This document shows, in pieces, positions 1 to 9,711 of a DNA stretch of 64,000 bases. The notes under the pieces were generated by a model. The model saw nothing but the letters and a program-made list of their open reading frames with translations. It was not told the DNA's origin and ran no database searches. Every line of letters starts with the position of its first letter. Position 1 is the first letter of the stretch. Origin of the DNA: Euryarchaeota archaeon UBA256 (GTDB lineage Archaea; Thermoplasmatota; Poseidoniia; Poseidoniales; Poseidoniaceae); contig DACE01000033.1 of the NCBI GenBank assembly GCA_002494645.1, positions 79,024 through 143,023 of the forward strand. The letters run 5' to 3'. The position numbers and the translations under genes are program-made.

Positions 1-1
1 T

Positions 2-271
2 GTAATTATCTGGTTCATTGACCGATTTCTTCGAAACGGTAGTGAAATGGGCCAAGGACTCTTTGATTTAATGTTCAAAGCATATCTTGTCAAATATGTC
101 CCAACGGAAGATGAAAAAGCCACTGGTGTCTGGGCACGTCTTGAGAACATGGGCAACTTTGGTGACCAGCTAATGAAGCGTACAGAAGACCGTAAGGCCA
201 AGAAGGTAGCTCAAAAAGTATCAAAGGATTCAGCTAAGGATGCAGAAACCAATTCGGAAGAAACGGACTAA
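2..271 (+). CDS. 3' end of a CDS that starts upstream of the window; function unknown
   Basis: Frame 2 is open from nt 2 to TAA 269-271, so the 74-aa track ORF (Met at 47) is probably only the tail of a longer gene. Lys/Glu/Asp-rich C-terminus; no motif recognised. Confidence 0.35.
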   Translation, partial: VIIWFIDRFLRNGSEMGQGLFDLMFKAYLVKYVPTEDEKATGVWARLENMGNFGDQLMKRTEDRKAKKVAQKVSKDSAKDAETNSEETD

Positions 272-297
272 GATATAGCACCTGTGAGGCATAACCC

Positions 298-1299
298 ATG
301 CTTGACACACTGCGTCGTCGTAACCACGTTTTACCACTCCTTGTTCTACTAACTGGTTTGAGCCTCACATGGCTGTCATTCAATGTCAACTTACTCCTTT
401 TTTGGTTGCTTTTCACCCTAACTATTTCCTTATGTTATCTTGAAGTCGTAACGCAATGGAGTTTCCGTGCACCAAGAAGACGAAAACCGCCACTCGAAGA
501 CTCAATGTGGACAAAAATACATCACCGCGTCTCCGATCAACTCATGGTAAGCCACCATATTCTTCAAAACCCTACTGGCAGAACAGTTTTCATCTGTCAC
601 GGCTGGACATCCGGTTCACAACGAATGGTTGGAAGGGCTCAATTATTCCTTGAAGAGGGATGGAATGTCATCTTGATCGACCTGCCTGGCCACGGCGAGT
701 CCGAATCAATACCAAAGTGGAACGCTGAATTGAGTTCTACCCTCATTATTGAGGTTCTCAACCATCTTCATACCTCGCATAAAGAATTATTCGGAAATCC
801 CTTCCTCATCTTCGGCCACAGCATGGGCGGTTTTATCTCCTTGCGTTTGAGTCACCGCAGAGAAGAATTGTCCATGCATACTGATTTGTGTGGATGGATT
901 GCAGAATCTCCAATGACCGGATATTCTGAAATATTTGATGAAACGTGTCAAATCCTTCGAATACCCACCATCCTTCGACCTATTGTATTGAAGAAAACTA
1001 TGCGCCATTTCAACGCACTTAATCCAAGCACTGACGACCTTTCTTCACTTACCGATGTAGACTGCCCCGCATGGGGCCAGTATACCGAACCTACTCTGCT
1101 TGTTCAGGCCGACCCCGATGAGCGCTTGGGAGAGTCCCATTATTTGCGCTTGCAACATGTAATGGCGTCAAACCAACCAGGCTTGCTTAGATCAGTAATG
1201 ATGGATGATTTAGCACACTCAGGAGAATCAAATCATATCCGAAGGGATGAAGTCATACGAAATTGGCTTGATGACGTATTCGGTCATTCTTCGGCTTGA
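298..1299 (+). CDS. alpha/beta-fold hydrolase, probably membrane anchored
   Basis: Nucleophile elbow GHSMGG (GxSxG) and HG-type motif ICHGWTSG. Two hydrophobic N-terminal helices. ATG start. Confidence 0.8.
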   Translation: MLDTLRRRNHVLPLLVLLTGLSLTWLSFNVNLLLFWLLFTLTISLCYLEVVTQWSFRAPRRRKPPLEDSMWTKIHHRVSDQLMVSHHILQNPTGRTVFICHGWTSGSQRMVGRAQLFLEEGWNVILIDLPGHGESESIPKWNAELSSTLIIEVLNHLHTSHKELFGNPFLIFGHSMGGFISLRLSHRREELSMHTDLCGWIAESPMTGYSEIFDETCQILRIPTILRPIVLKKTMRHFNALNPSTDDLSSLTDVDCPAWGQYTEPTLLVQADPDERLGESHYLRLQHVMASNQPGLLRSVMMDDLAHSGESNHIRRDEVIRNWLDDVFGHSSA

Positions 1300-2369
1300 G
1301 ATGCCTGTTCCCGTGCTAATTCCCGCATGTCTTCCACTTCATCCAGTTCATCTACAATTTCCTTTCCGAGTAATGTCTCCATTACATCTTCCATCGTGAT
1401 GATACCTGAAGTACCTCCAAATTCATCTTTAACGAGTGCGAATTGTTGCTTATTGGTTAAAAAGAGGTCCAAAGCGTCCTCAATTGTCTTTCCCATTTGA
1501 ATGGTGATGATTGGTTTCATGATGTCGCTAAGTGTAGTGGTCCATTCATCCCTGCTTGCAGCCATGAGGATTTCTGAACGTAATACTAGCCCATGTACAT
1601 TGTCAATACTCTCTTCGAACACAGGTATACGGGAAAATCGAAGAATATTATGTTCATCAAGAATCTCCTTGATGGTGGAATTCATATCAAATGAGGATAC
1701 GACTACACGTGGTGTCATTTCATTTTCCACATGAATATCTCTCAACTTCAGCAGGTTGTGAATCACTGTTTCTTCTGAAGTTTCAAGGGCACCACCAAGT
1801 TCGCCGAGATCGGCCATCGCAGCCAAATCATCTCTTGTCACCGTCGAGTGACTTCCTTCAGGCAAGATTGATTTTAACATCTGTATGGGGACGGTCAAAA
1901 ATACCAAGGATTTGGTCATGAGGGTTAGAACATAGGCAGTTGGTGTGCTCAAACGCTTCCAATATGCAGAACCTAGCGTCTTAGGGATGATTTCAGAAAG
2001 GAAGAGGACAGCCAACGTCAAGACGAACGAGGCAACTGTGAGGACATCATCGCCCCAGATCCTTTGTACTTGAGAACCAACTCCCGCAGCGCCCATCGTA
2101 TGGGCAACGGTGTTGAGTGTGAGAATTGCGGTCAGTGCGCGAACGGAGTCATCGTCTTTCAGATGCTCCCACATCACACCTGTTTTTTTGCCATCTTTAA
2201 GCAATAAACTCACATGAGTTTGAGGCATTGATAGGACAACAGCCTCCAAGATTGAGCAGATGAAGGAGACACCGAGTGCCAACGATATGTAGAACAATAA
2301 GAGACGAATATCTCCGTCACCGGTGCTGTCTGTTGCGGTCACTACCGCTGCCATTGTTGAATAATTCAT
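1284..2369 (-). CDS. DUF21/CNNM + CBS-pair membrane protein (CorC/hemolysin-related divalent-cation transporter family)
   Basis: Multi-helix N-terminal region (LLLFYISLALGVSFICSILEAVVLSM; TLNTVAHTMGAAGVG) followed by a CBS pair (MTPRVVVSSFD..; GGTSGIITMEDVMETLLG). Track start 2417 is TTG; I used the first ATG (MNYST..) at 2369. Confidence 0.8.
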   Translation of the reverse strand: MNYSTMAAVVTATDSTGDGDIRLLLFYISLALGVSFICSILEAVVLSMPQTHVSLLLKDGKKTGVMWEHLKDDDSVRALTAILTLNTVAHTMGAAGVGSQVQRIWGDDVLTVASFVLTLAVLFLSEIIPKTLGSAYWKRLSTPTAYVLTLMTKSLVFLTVPIQMLKSILPEGSHSTVTRDDLAAMADLGELGGALETSEETVIHNLLKLRDIHVENEMTPRVVVSSFDMNSTIKEILDEHNILRFSRIPVFEESIDNVHGLVLRSEILMAASRDEWTTTLSDIMKPIITIQMGKTIEDALDLFLTNKQQFALVKDEFGGTSGIITMEDVMETLLGKEIVDELDEVEDMRELAREQASQAEE

Positions 2370-2432
2370 GGATTTCGAGGGGCCCCTGACCTTTCGGGTG
2401 TAGTCCTGTCCACGCAAGGTGGGTTCTTCAAA

Positions 2433-4778
2433 ATGACGCTTCGTACTAAATCCTCATATCAACTGTTCTGCGAGGGTGAAACTCAAGAAGCCGAGTGGGC
2501 TGGAGGGGACGAGGGGAAGGGTTTGTCTGATGAACATGTCCTCATTTGCGTTGCTTGGCCCTATGCAAACGGGCCGCTTCATCTAGGGCACGTTGCGGGG
2601 TGTTATCTCCCACCAGATATTCATTACCGTTTTGAGCGTGCATTGGGCAATAGGGTATTGATGGTGTCTGGGTCCGATGAACACGGCACGCCAATTACAG
2701 TCACTGCTGAACAAAACGGTGTTTCACCACAGGCAGTCGTTGATGAATATCACGAAATGAATCGTGCTGCTCTCTTAACCTTAGGTTGCGGTTGGGCTAA
2801 CAACGTCGACTCTCGCGGCATAGAATATGGTGGTGCCCTCTTCAATAGGACGAGCGACCCTGCTCACAAAAAGAAGGTCCAAGAAAATTTCACAGCCCTT
2901 GAAAAAGCCGGATTCTTTGTTCGCGAAACAATGGAACAATATTACGAAATTAACCCCGATGGTTCAGGACGTTTTCTTCCAGACCGCTACGTCGAGGGCA
3001 CATGCCCCGTTTGCCAAGCGGATGGAGCGCGGGGTGACCAATGCGATGGATGTGGCGCAACGTATGAGTCGGTAGAATTGAATAATCCTGTTTCAAAGAT
3101 GAACCCAACCTTCAAGGTCGAAATCAGAGAGACTGACCACCTTTTTTACAGGCTCGATTTATTCCAAGATGCACTTGAACAACACGCAGAACAGCGTCAT
3201 CCAGTGTGGAAGGCGAATGTCCGCGCCATGACCAAACAATGGCTCGACATGGGGCTTCGGCCACGAGCAGTCACGCGTGACCTTGCATGGGGCATTCCCG
3301 TACCCATGGAAGGCAGTGAATGGGATGGTAAATGCATCTATGTTTGGTTTGAAGCAGTTCAAGGATACTCAACATGTGCGCAAATATGGGCGGAATTACA
3401 TGCTGCCCATCACCCACAAGGTGAGCATGCATGGAAGAATTGGTGGAATGTTTCAGAAGACGGCACAGAACCAAGGCATCTCTATTTCCTTGGGAAGGAT
3501 AACATACCGTTCCATACGGTGATATGGCCTGCAATTCTGATGGGCCTGAATCAGGTGAATAACGGGAAAACAGCGGAGGACCCAACATCCCTACCTGGCC
3601 CTGGCGACTATGCACTCGAATCAAATGTACCCGCGATGGAGTATCTCATGTTAGCGGGAGGGCAATTTTCCAAATCAAGAAAGCATGCGGTTTGGCTTCC
3701 TTCATTTCTTGAGCGTTACGATCCTGACACATTGCGGTATTACTTGAGTATCAACATGCCAGAAAATCACGATACGGATTTCAATTGGCCTGACTTCGTA
3801 GAAAAAGTCAATTCTGAATTAATTGCTGCTTATGGAAATTTCGTCCATCGAGTGCTGACTCTGGGAGCTAAACTTCCACAGTCTCATGACAATCAATCGC
3901 CCTTTGAAGCCTACAAGGACCATTCTTCTCTTGACCAGCATCGTGCTCATCTCGAAGCATCAATGGGTGAAATTACCTCCTCGCTCCAACGCCACAGATA
4001 CAAAGAAGCTCTGCGTTCAATTATGAATGTAGCTCAATATGGCAATCAAATACTCCAATCTGCGGCCCCCTGGAAACATCTCAAAACACCACAAGAAGGC
4101 CATGAAGAAAGTTTAGCGACGTTGGCTTTCTGTTGGAGGATTACACGATTTTTGGCAATCACTACACAACCCTTCCTCCCGACAAGTGCACAACGACTGT
4201 GGTCTATGTTAGGCTGCGAAGGTCAAGTTGAAGACTGCCGATGGAACGACGCTCTTGACTGGGAGGCTCCAATGACTTGGTTAGATGGGGAGCCTAAGCC
4301 ATTATTTGTACGACTTGACCTTGAAGAGATCCTCGCAATAGAGCAAGACCTCATCGAACACACCCGTGATGAATCATCGCCTGTCCATGGCGTTAAAGGT
4401 GGAAAAAAGAAAGGAGATAAGAAGATGAAAGAAGACATAGAAGGAATAGAGTATCTCGATTTTGATACCTTCATGAAAGTAGAATTGAGAGTAGGTTCAA
4501 TCAAAGAAGTCAACGACCATCCCAATGCTGACAAATTATATGTCGTCAACCTTGATGACGGCAGTGGAAACGGTCGAACCATATGCGCTGGCCTCAAACC
4601 TTACTATTCCCCCGAAGAAATGGTGGGGAAATCTGTGGTCTTCGTAGCGAACCTGAAGCCTCGACCACTGCGAGGGGTCTTATCAGAGGGGATGATGCTT
4701 GCCGCAGATGACGGAAAAGGTCAGGTAAAACTCATCACGATTGATGGGGACATCGAAATCGGTTCAGAAGTGCGTTAA
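2433..4778 (+). CDS. metG: methionyl-tRNA synthetase with C-terminal Trbp111/EMAPII-type tRNA-binding domain
   Basis: HIGH motif as ANGPLHLGHVAG, KMSKS as KFSKS, zinc knuckle CPVC..CDGC. C-terminal VGSIKEVNDHPNADKLYVVNLD. Confidence 0.95.
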   Translation: MTLRTKSSYQLFCEGETQEAEWAGGDEGKGLSDEHVLICVAWPYANGPLHLGHVAGCYLPPDIHYRFERALGNRVLMVSGSDEHGTPITVTAEQNGVSPQAVVDEYHEMNRAALLTLGCGWANNVDSRGIEYGGALFNRTSDPAHKKKVQENFTALEKAGFFVRETMEQYYEINPDGSGRFLPDRYVEGTCPVCQADGARGDQCDGCGATYESVELNNPVSKMNPTFKVEIRETDHLFYRLDLFQDALEQHAEQRHPVWKANVRAMTKQWLDMGLRPRAVTRDLAWGIPVPMEGSEWDGKCIYVWFEAVQGYSTCAQIWAELHAAHHPQGEHAWKNWWNVSEDGTEPRHLYFLGKDNIPFHTVIWPAILMGLNQVNNGKTAEDPTSLPGPGDYALESNVPAMEYLMLAGGQFSKSRKHAVWLPSFLERYDPDTLRYYLSINMPENHDTDFNWPDFVEKVNSELIAAYGNFVHRVLTLGAKLPQSHDNQSPFEAYKDHSSLDQHRAHLEASMGEITSSLQRHRYKEALRSIMNVAQYGNQILQSAAPWKHLKTPQEGHEESLATLAFCWRITRFLAITTQPFLPTSAQRLWSMLGCEGQVEDCRWNDALDWEAPMTWLDGEPKPLFVRLDLEEILAIEQDLIEHTRDESSPVHGVKGGKKKGDKKMKEDIEGIEYLDFDTFMKVELRVGSIKEVNDHPNADKLYVVNLDDGSGNGRTICAGLKPYYSPEEMVGKSVVFVANLKPRPLRGVLSEGMMLAADDGKGQVKLITIDGDIEIGSEVR

Positions 4779-5404
4779 TCTTCCATTCGGAGACGTACTT
4801 CGTCCATCACTTCTCGGGCTACGGTCCGAATTGTGTCCTTGATCATTGATAGTCTTTCACGGAGTTCTGTGCCCATTCCATCAGGAAGGGATTGGAGATT
4901 AATCTCCACATTGAATATTGCACCTTTGGCGGCTGCACTGGCAAGTAGACTCGCAACACCTACGTCGGTGACCGCATTTGCATTACCAAATTTAGCGAGT
5001 GCAGGTAAGTTCTGCAAGAGAATCATAGCGTGTTGTGCTGTTTCAAATGGGATTTCTGCTGCACGCAAAGTCGTTTGCCTGATCGCATCCCTGCGGACTT
5101 GCTTCTCTTCTTCAGATTGTTTTGGCATGGAGTAACATGCCATGACATCATCGAACGCTTCACTGTCCGCCTGAGCCAACTCACCGCTACGATTCAGCAG
5201 TGGTATGGCAAGGAGTTGTGTCGCTTCTGCATAATCCCATCCATCCTTCCATTTATCACGCCCCAATGTGAGGTCGCATACCATAATGGACAAAGCTGAG
5301 GCTTGACCAAGTGCTACTGCAGCTGCTGTCCCACCCCCTGGAGTCGGTGATGAGGATGCAAGAGCAGCTTGGTACTCGCGTAATGTCATGTCCATCCAAT
5401 TCAT
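4775..5404 (-). CDS. formimidoyltetrahydrofolate cyclodeaminase (FTCD C-terminal domain homologue)
   Basis: All-helical 209 aa with SSPTPGGGTAAAVALGQASAL. Its ATG overlaps the stop of the formiminotransferase gene by 4 nt. Confidence 0.8.
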   Translation of the reverse strand: MNWMDMTLREYQAALASSSPTPGGGTAAAVALGQASALSIMVCDLTLGRDKWKDGWDYAEATQLLAIPLLNRSGELAQADSEAFDDVMACYSMPKQSEEEKQVRRDAIRQTTLRAAEIPFETAQHAMILLQNLPALAKFGNANAVTDVGVASLLASAAAKGAIFNVEINLQSLPDGMGTELRERLSMIKDTIRTVAREVMDEVRLRMED

Positions 5405-6447
5405 TCACTCACCTCTCCACGAAGTGCCCACTCAATAATCCCCTTTCGGGGATCGAAATGATGTCGTTCATTGAGCCCAAGTCCCTCGATTGCAGCCTCG
5501 ACCAGGCGCTCCTCCTCTGATTCCTCGGGAGAAAAATACGCCCCTGATTGAAGCATAGCGCTGAGGGGGACAAGTCCTACAATCTCACTTCCGATAACAT
5601 CGACATTGTGGTCGTTTGCAACACTCTTGCAGGCCATGTATGCGAGGTGCAATGGGCACTGGCTCACGTCCCGGAGATTCATCGAAACTTGACTAATACC
5701 GAGTTCCTCCAACATAACGCCCATGCCTTGTACCATCGGTAACATACCATTTGTCCGAATCTTCACGCCAGCATCAGACTTCAGAAGTCGGCCGCTGCTT
5801 CGTACAATCGAACCTATCTTCTTGGCTGTTTTAGCGTCCGTTTCATCTATGTTTACATTGTATGCAACCAAAATAGAACGAGCACCGATGGTGATACCTC
5901 CGGATTTTGATGCCATCTCAGTCCATTCAATTGAACCAGCATCAGGGAAACGCGTGGAGTCGCTGTGCGGTGATTCTTTGCCCGTTAATCGCGCTTCAAG
6001 ACCTTCGTATTCTCCTTTCCTCAATGCCGATAATAGGAATCTATCATCATGAGTTGCGGCTGCACCATAGAGGAAAAGTGGGACCTCTTTTACCTTTGAA
6101 ACTTCATCCATTGTCTGACGGGCGAGACTGGCAGCCTCATCCATTGTCACATCACGAAGTGGGACAAATGGGCATACATCTACGACGCCTAAGCGTGGAT
6201 GCTCCCCCTTGTGAGTGCGCATGTCAAGTTCATCTATACTCTTGAGAATGAGTGCCAATGCGCCCTTCATCACTGGCTCTGGTTCACCTGCAAAGGTAAT
6301 GACAGTTCTATTGTAATCATGATCAGGTTCCACACCCAAAACAGTACAACCGTCAATTGCACGAACTGCATCTACGATTCGTTCAACTGCTTCAAGATCG
6401 CGCCCTTCGGAAATATTAGGGACGCACTCCACCAGTGGCTTCTTCAT
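5401..6447 (-). CDS. glutamate formimidoyltransferase (FTCD N-terminal domain homologue)
   Basis: N-terminal signature ECVPNISEGRD. Track start 6501 is TTG; the ATG giving MKKPLVECVPNISEGRD is at 6447. Confidence 0.85.
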   Translation of the reverse strand: MKKPLVECVPNISEGRDLEAVERIVDAVRAIDGCTVLGVEPDHDYNRTVITFAGEPEPVMKGALALILKSIDELDMRTHKGEHPRLGVVDVCPFVPLRDVTMDEAASLARQTMDEVSKVKEVPLFLYGAAATHDDRFLLSALRKGEYEGLEARLTGKESPHSDSTRFPDAGSIEWTEMASKSGGITIGARSILVAYNVNIDETDAKTAKKIGSIVRSSGRLLKSDAGVKIRTNGMLPMVQGMGVMLEELGISQVSMNLRDVSQCPLHLAYMACKSVANDHNVDVIGSEIVGLVPLSAMLQSGAYFSPEESEEERLVEAAIEGLGLNERHHFDPRKGIIEWALRGEVSE

Positions 6448-6497
6448 GAAGCCGTTGCATTGCAAGCAGTCTTTGAATGTTCGTTGAACAAGCGCGC

Positions 6498-7718
6498 TCA
6501 AGAATACAAAGCTTCTGGAGATCGTATGCTTGTTCCTTGACTGCGCTTTTTATCCAACCGGCCCACGGCATTCAATACATCACTTTGAGTAACAGTGTTT
6601 CTGCCGTCTCGAATTGCAATCATTCCAGATTCAACACATGTCGCCTTAAGTTCTGCACCGGAGTACCCCTTGGTTCGTTCAACGATGCGCTGAATATTGA
6701 TTTTCTTCGTGTTCATGGATTTGAGGTGTACCTTGAGGATTGATTTTCTGGCATCATCATCAGGAATTGGTATTTCAATGACACGATCAAAGCGACCAGG
6801 GCGCAGTAATGCATCATCGAGAATGTCCGGGCGATTAGTTGCTGCAATAATCTTCACATCTTGTAGGGCATCAAATCCGTCGAGTTCTGCAAGCAATTGC
6901 ATCAAGGTACGTTGAACTTCCCTGTCGCCGCTTGTTGAGCCATCCAAACGCTTGGCTCCGATTGCGTCTATTTCATCAAGGAAAATGACGCTTGGTGATT
7001 TTTCCTTAGCCAATGAAAAGAGTTCTCTGACCATCCTACCACCTTCGCCAATGTATTTTTGGGCAAGTTCGCTTCCTACCATTCGGATGAAGGTCGCCTC
7101 AGTATGATTTGCGACGGCCTTTGCGAGCAGTGTTTTTCCACAACCGGGCGGTCCAACGAGAAGGACGCCTTTCGGAGGGACAATACCTACCTTTTCGAAG
7201 AGTTCAGGTTTCAAAAGGGGCAGCTCAATGGCTTCTCGGACAGATTCAACTTGTTCGTCCAAGCCTGCTACATCTTCATATGATATGCTTGGCTTTTCGG
7301 TCATTTCAGCTCCGCTAACCATCGGATCCCAGGCTTCGTGGAGTATCTCGATGACTGAAAGACTGTCTTGATTAAGTGCCACACGAGTGCCAGGTTTCAA
7401 TCTGTCAGGGTCCAATCGTTGATTGAGCGATACTTGGAATACGGTGCCGTTAGATGAACGGACAATGGCGCGCTCATGGTCAAGAACATCTTGGAGGTGG
7501 CCAATAATCAACGGTGGCATTTTGAGGAGGTTGACGTTTTCATCAAGCCGTTCAACCTTTTTCCTTAGGGTGCGAATTTCAGCCTCAAGCGTAGTTCGTT
7601 CATTGATAAGTTGTTGTGAATCGTCACGTAATTTAGCATAGGCTTCTTCCAACTCTTTGAGATCATCATCAGATGAATTCGGCATGCCAGCGTCGTTTCG
7701 TTCAACCTCAGTCCCCAT
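6498..7718 (-). CDS. pan: proteasome-activating nucleotidase (AAA+ ATPase)
   Basis: N-terminal coiled coil, Walker A GPPGCGKT, Walker [10 protein letters not shown]-terminal HbYX-like LYS. ATG 7718 is preceded by AGGTG; TTG 7736 is the longest alternative. Confidence 0.93.
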   Translation of the reverse strand: MGTEVERNDAGMPNSSDDDLKELEEAYAKLRDDSQQLINERTTLEAEIRTLRKKVERLDENVNLLKMPPLIIGHLQDVLDHERAIVRSSNGTVFQVSLNQRLDPDRLKPGTRVALNQDSLSVIEILHEAWDPMVSGAEMTEKPSISYEDVAGLDEQVESVREAIELPLLKPELFEKVGIVPPKGVLLVGPPGCGKTLLAKAVANHTEATFIRMVGSELAQKYIGEGGRMVRELFSLAKEKSPSVIFLDEIDAIGAKRLDGSTSGDREVQRTLMQLLAELDGFDALQDVKIIAATNRPDILDDALLRPGRFDRVIEIPIPDDDARKSILKVHLKSMNTKKINIQRIVERTKGYSGAELKATCVESGMIAIRDGRNTVTQSDVLNAVGRLDKKRSQGTSIRSPEALYS

Positions 7719-7824
7719 AGCAATCACACCTACCAAACGCCAACCATCTATGAACTCATTGATTCATTGTGGTTGTGGGTGAACAATCAAAGGGTTCAAA
7801 GACAGTCCCCAGCCTTTGCCTCAT

Positions 7825-8307
7825 ATGGGTGAATGTGAATTATGTGGTGCGGTGAAAGTTGGAGTACGAAGTGTCCGTACGGGAAAAACCGAGGTCACCG
7901 CCTGCACCAAGTGTGTTGACCGGATGAATCTCATGCCTAAATCAGAAGCCCCTGGTTTGGTACAAGCACGCAGGAGTTCAAATCGGTCTGTTCAAAGGCC
8001 AAGAAAAAACGATATTATGACGCGTACTGAAAAGGACTTAGCAGATGATTTTTCCCAACGGATTGTAGCGGCACGGAAGGAACGAAATTGGTCCCAGCAG
8101 CAATTGGCAAAACGAATGGCTGAAACAGCGAACATCATCAAGGCTGCAGAAAGTGGAAAACGACCGACAGATTCAGTCATTCGGAAATTTGAGCGAACAC
8201 TCTCAATCAAGTTGATGGTTGAACATACTCCCAACGAAACCAGGCAGGTCAGGTCAGGCCCGTCACGTGGAATGACCTTTGGCGATTACCTCAATGATTC
8301 GAGGTGA
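7825..8307 (+). CDS. mbf1: archaeal multiprotein-bridging factor 1 (zinc ribbon + HTH)
   Basis: CELCG..CTKC ribbon followed by a cro/C1-type HTH (NWSQQQLAKRMAETANIIKAAESG). Track start 7816 is TTG; ATG is at 7825. Confidence 0.85.
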   Translation: MGECELCGAVKVGVRSVRTGKTEVTACTKCVDRMNLMPKSEAPGLVQARRSSNRSVQRPRKNDIMTRTEKDLADDFSQRIVAARKERNWSQQQLAKRMAETANIIKAAESGKRPTDSVIRKFERTLSIKLMVEHTPNETRQVRSGPSRGMTFGDYLNDSR

Positions 8308-8869
8308 TGTATTGAAACCAATTGCAGTCCACGCTATTTGGCTTGCACAAGACGACCCTAAGAAAAACACTGCAGTCCTTTCCAGTAAACGAGGGGACCT
8401 TAAACTTCACAAGAACTTGAGGACACTACCTCGAAAAGGCATCATTCTTGAACCCCTTTGTGGTAAAGTATTCGGTCCAGAAGATCATGGATTGTTGACC
8501 GTTCAATACGGCTCCCTCGTAGGATTAGACTGCAGTTGGGCACAAATTGAATCAAGTGTTGAAACAGTTATGAAGCGAACTCGCCTTCAACCGCGTATGT
8601 TGCCCCTTCTTTTAGCAGCAAATCCTGTTAATTGGGGCAAACCAGGCCGCCTCACAACGGCTGAAGCTCTTGCAGCTGCCCTCTACATGGCTGGCAGGGG
8701 CGATCAAGCGAGAGACATATTAGGTGCATTTCGATGGGGCACTCGTTTTTTTGAATTGAATCAAGAACCACTCGATGCTTATGCAACGGCCAAAACTAGC
8801 GAGGAATTGGTCAATCTTCAATTTGATTTTTTTGACATTGATCGCGACCTTGTCGGAGCTGATGATTGA
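8294..8869 (+). CDS. tsr3: Tsr3/DUF367 small-subunit rRNA aminocarboxypropyltransferase
   Basis: DCSWAQIE and LLAANPVNWGKPGRLTTAEALAAALYMAG signatures. Confidence 0.8.
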   Translation: MIRGDVLKPIAVHAIWLAQDDPKKNTAVLSSKRGDLKLHKNLRTLPRKGIILEPLCGKVFGPEDHGLLTVQYGSLVGLDCSWAQIESSVETVMKRTRLQPRMLPLLLAANPVNWGKPGRLTTAEALAAALYMAGRGDQARDILGAFRWGTRFFELNQEPLDAYATAKTSEELVNLQFDFFDIDRDLVGADD

Positions 8870-9672
8870 TGAGTGGACATCGAGCACTCCCCTCACACCG
8901 TTGGACTGCAGGGGAATGGAAGACTGAACATGAGGTTGTGGCAAATGAAAGCCTTGTGACGATCTATGTGAACGAACGTAAGATTACCTCGCTGTTAGCC
9001 TCGTCTGACAAGTTGGAATCATTGTACCGTGGTCATCTTGCGACAGAATACAATTGTGTGTTGAATGACGCTATCACCGAGTTTTCAATTCAAAGGACAA
9101 ACGGGTCAATTGACCTTCACGGAACCATCCCTTCATTTGAACATACGTTGGTTCGTGAGGGTATTGTTACGTCATCGTGCGGTGCATGCGACCATGAGCA
9201 ACTTCAGACTCTCATCGACAGCGTCCCTCGGGTGGATGAACCAGAAAAGGAACTCACGATGGAGTCGTTACTGGAGGCGCTTGCTGGAATGCGAAATCTA
9301 CAACATGGCTTCCAAGTGACGGGAGGCATGCATGCTGCCGCTATCTCCTATTACCAGGCACTGAAACCTTCACTTGACCTCATCAGTGAAGACATCGGTA
9401 GGCATAATGCAGTTGACAAAGTCATTGGAGGTGCCCTCTCTGAAGGACATTTCCAACGACCTGCAATTCTCTTCCTCTCGGGGCGGTGTGGGTGGGATAT
9501 CGTAGCAAAAGCAGCGAGATTGAATATTCCAATTATTGCATCGATCGGCGCAGCATCCGATTTGGCCATACAAACAGCGCGAATGGCAAACATGACGTTG
9601 GTTACCTTTGCTCGCGACCAAAAAGCAGTCGTATATGGGCGTCAAGAAGGTCGTTTCAAAGCAAAGGATTGA
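8869..9672 (+). CDS. fdhD: FdhD sulfurtransferase (formate dehydrogenase / molybdoenzyme accessory protein)
   Basis: SSCGACD, GGMHAAA and GRHNAVDKVIG motifs. ATG 8869 overlaps the tsr3 stop. Confidence 0.9.
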   Translation: MSGHRALPSHRWTAGEWKTEHEVVANESLVTIYVNERKITSLLASSDKLESLYRGHLATEYNCVLNDAITEFSIQRTNGSIDLHGTIPSFEHTLVREGIVTSSCGACDHEQLQTLIDSVPRVDEPEKELTMESLLEALAGMRNLQHGFQVTGGMHAAAISYYQALKPSLDLISEDIGRHNAVDKVIGGALSEGHFQRPAILFLSGRCGWDIVAKAARLNIPIIASIGAASDLAIQTARMANMTLVTFARDQKAVVYGRQEGRFKAKD

Positions 9673-9711
9673 GAAGGTCAGTCTATCCCGTGGAATCAGG
9701 AAGATGTTGCT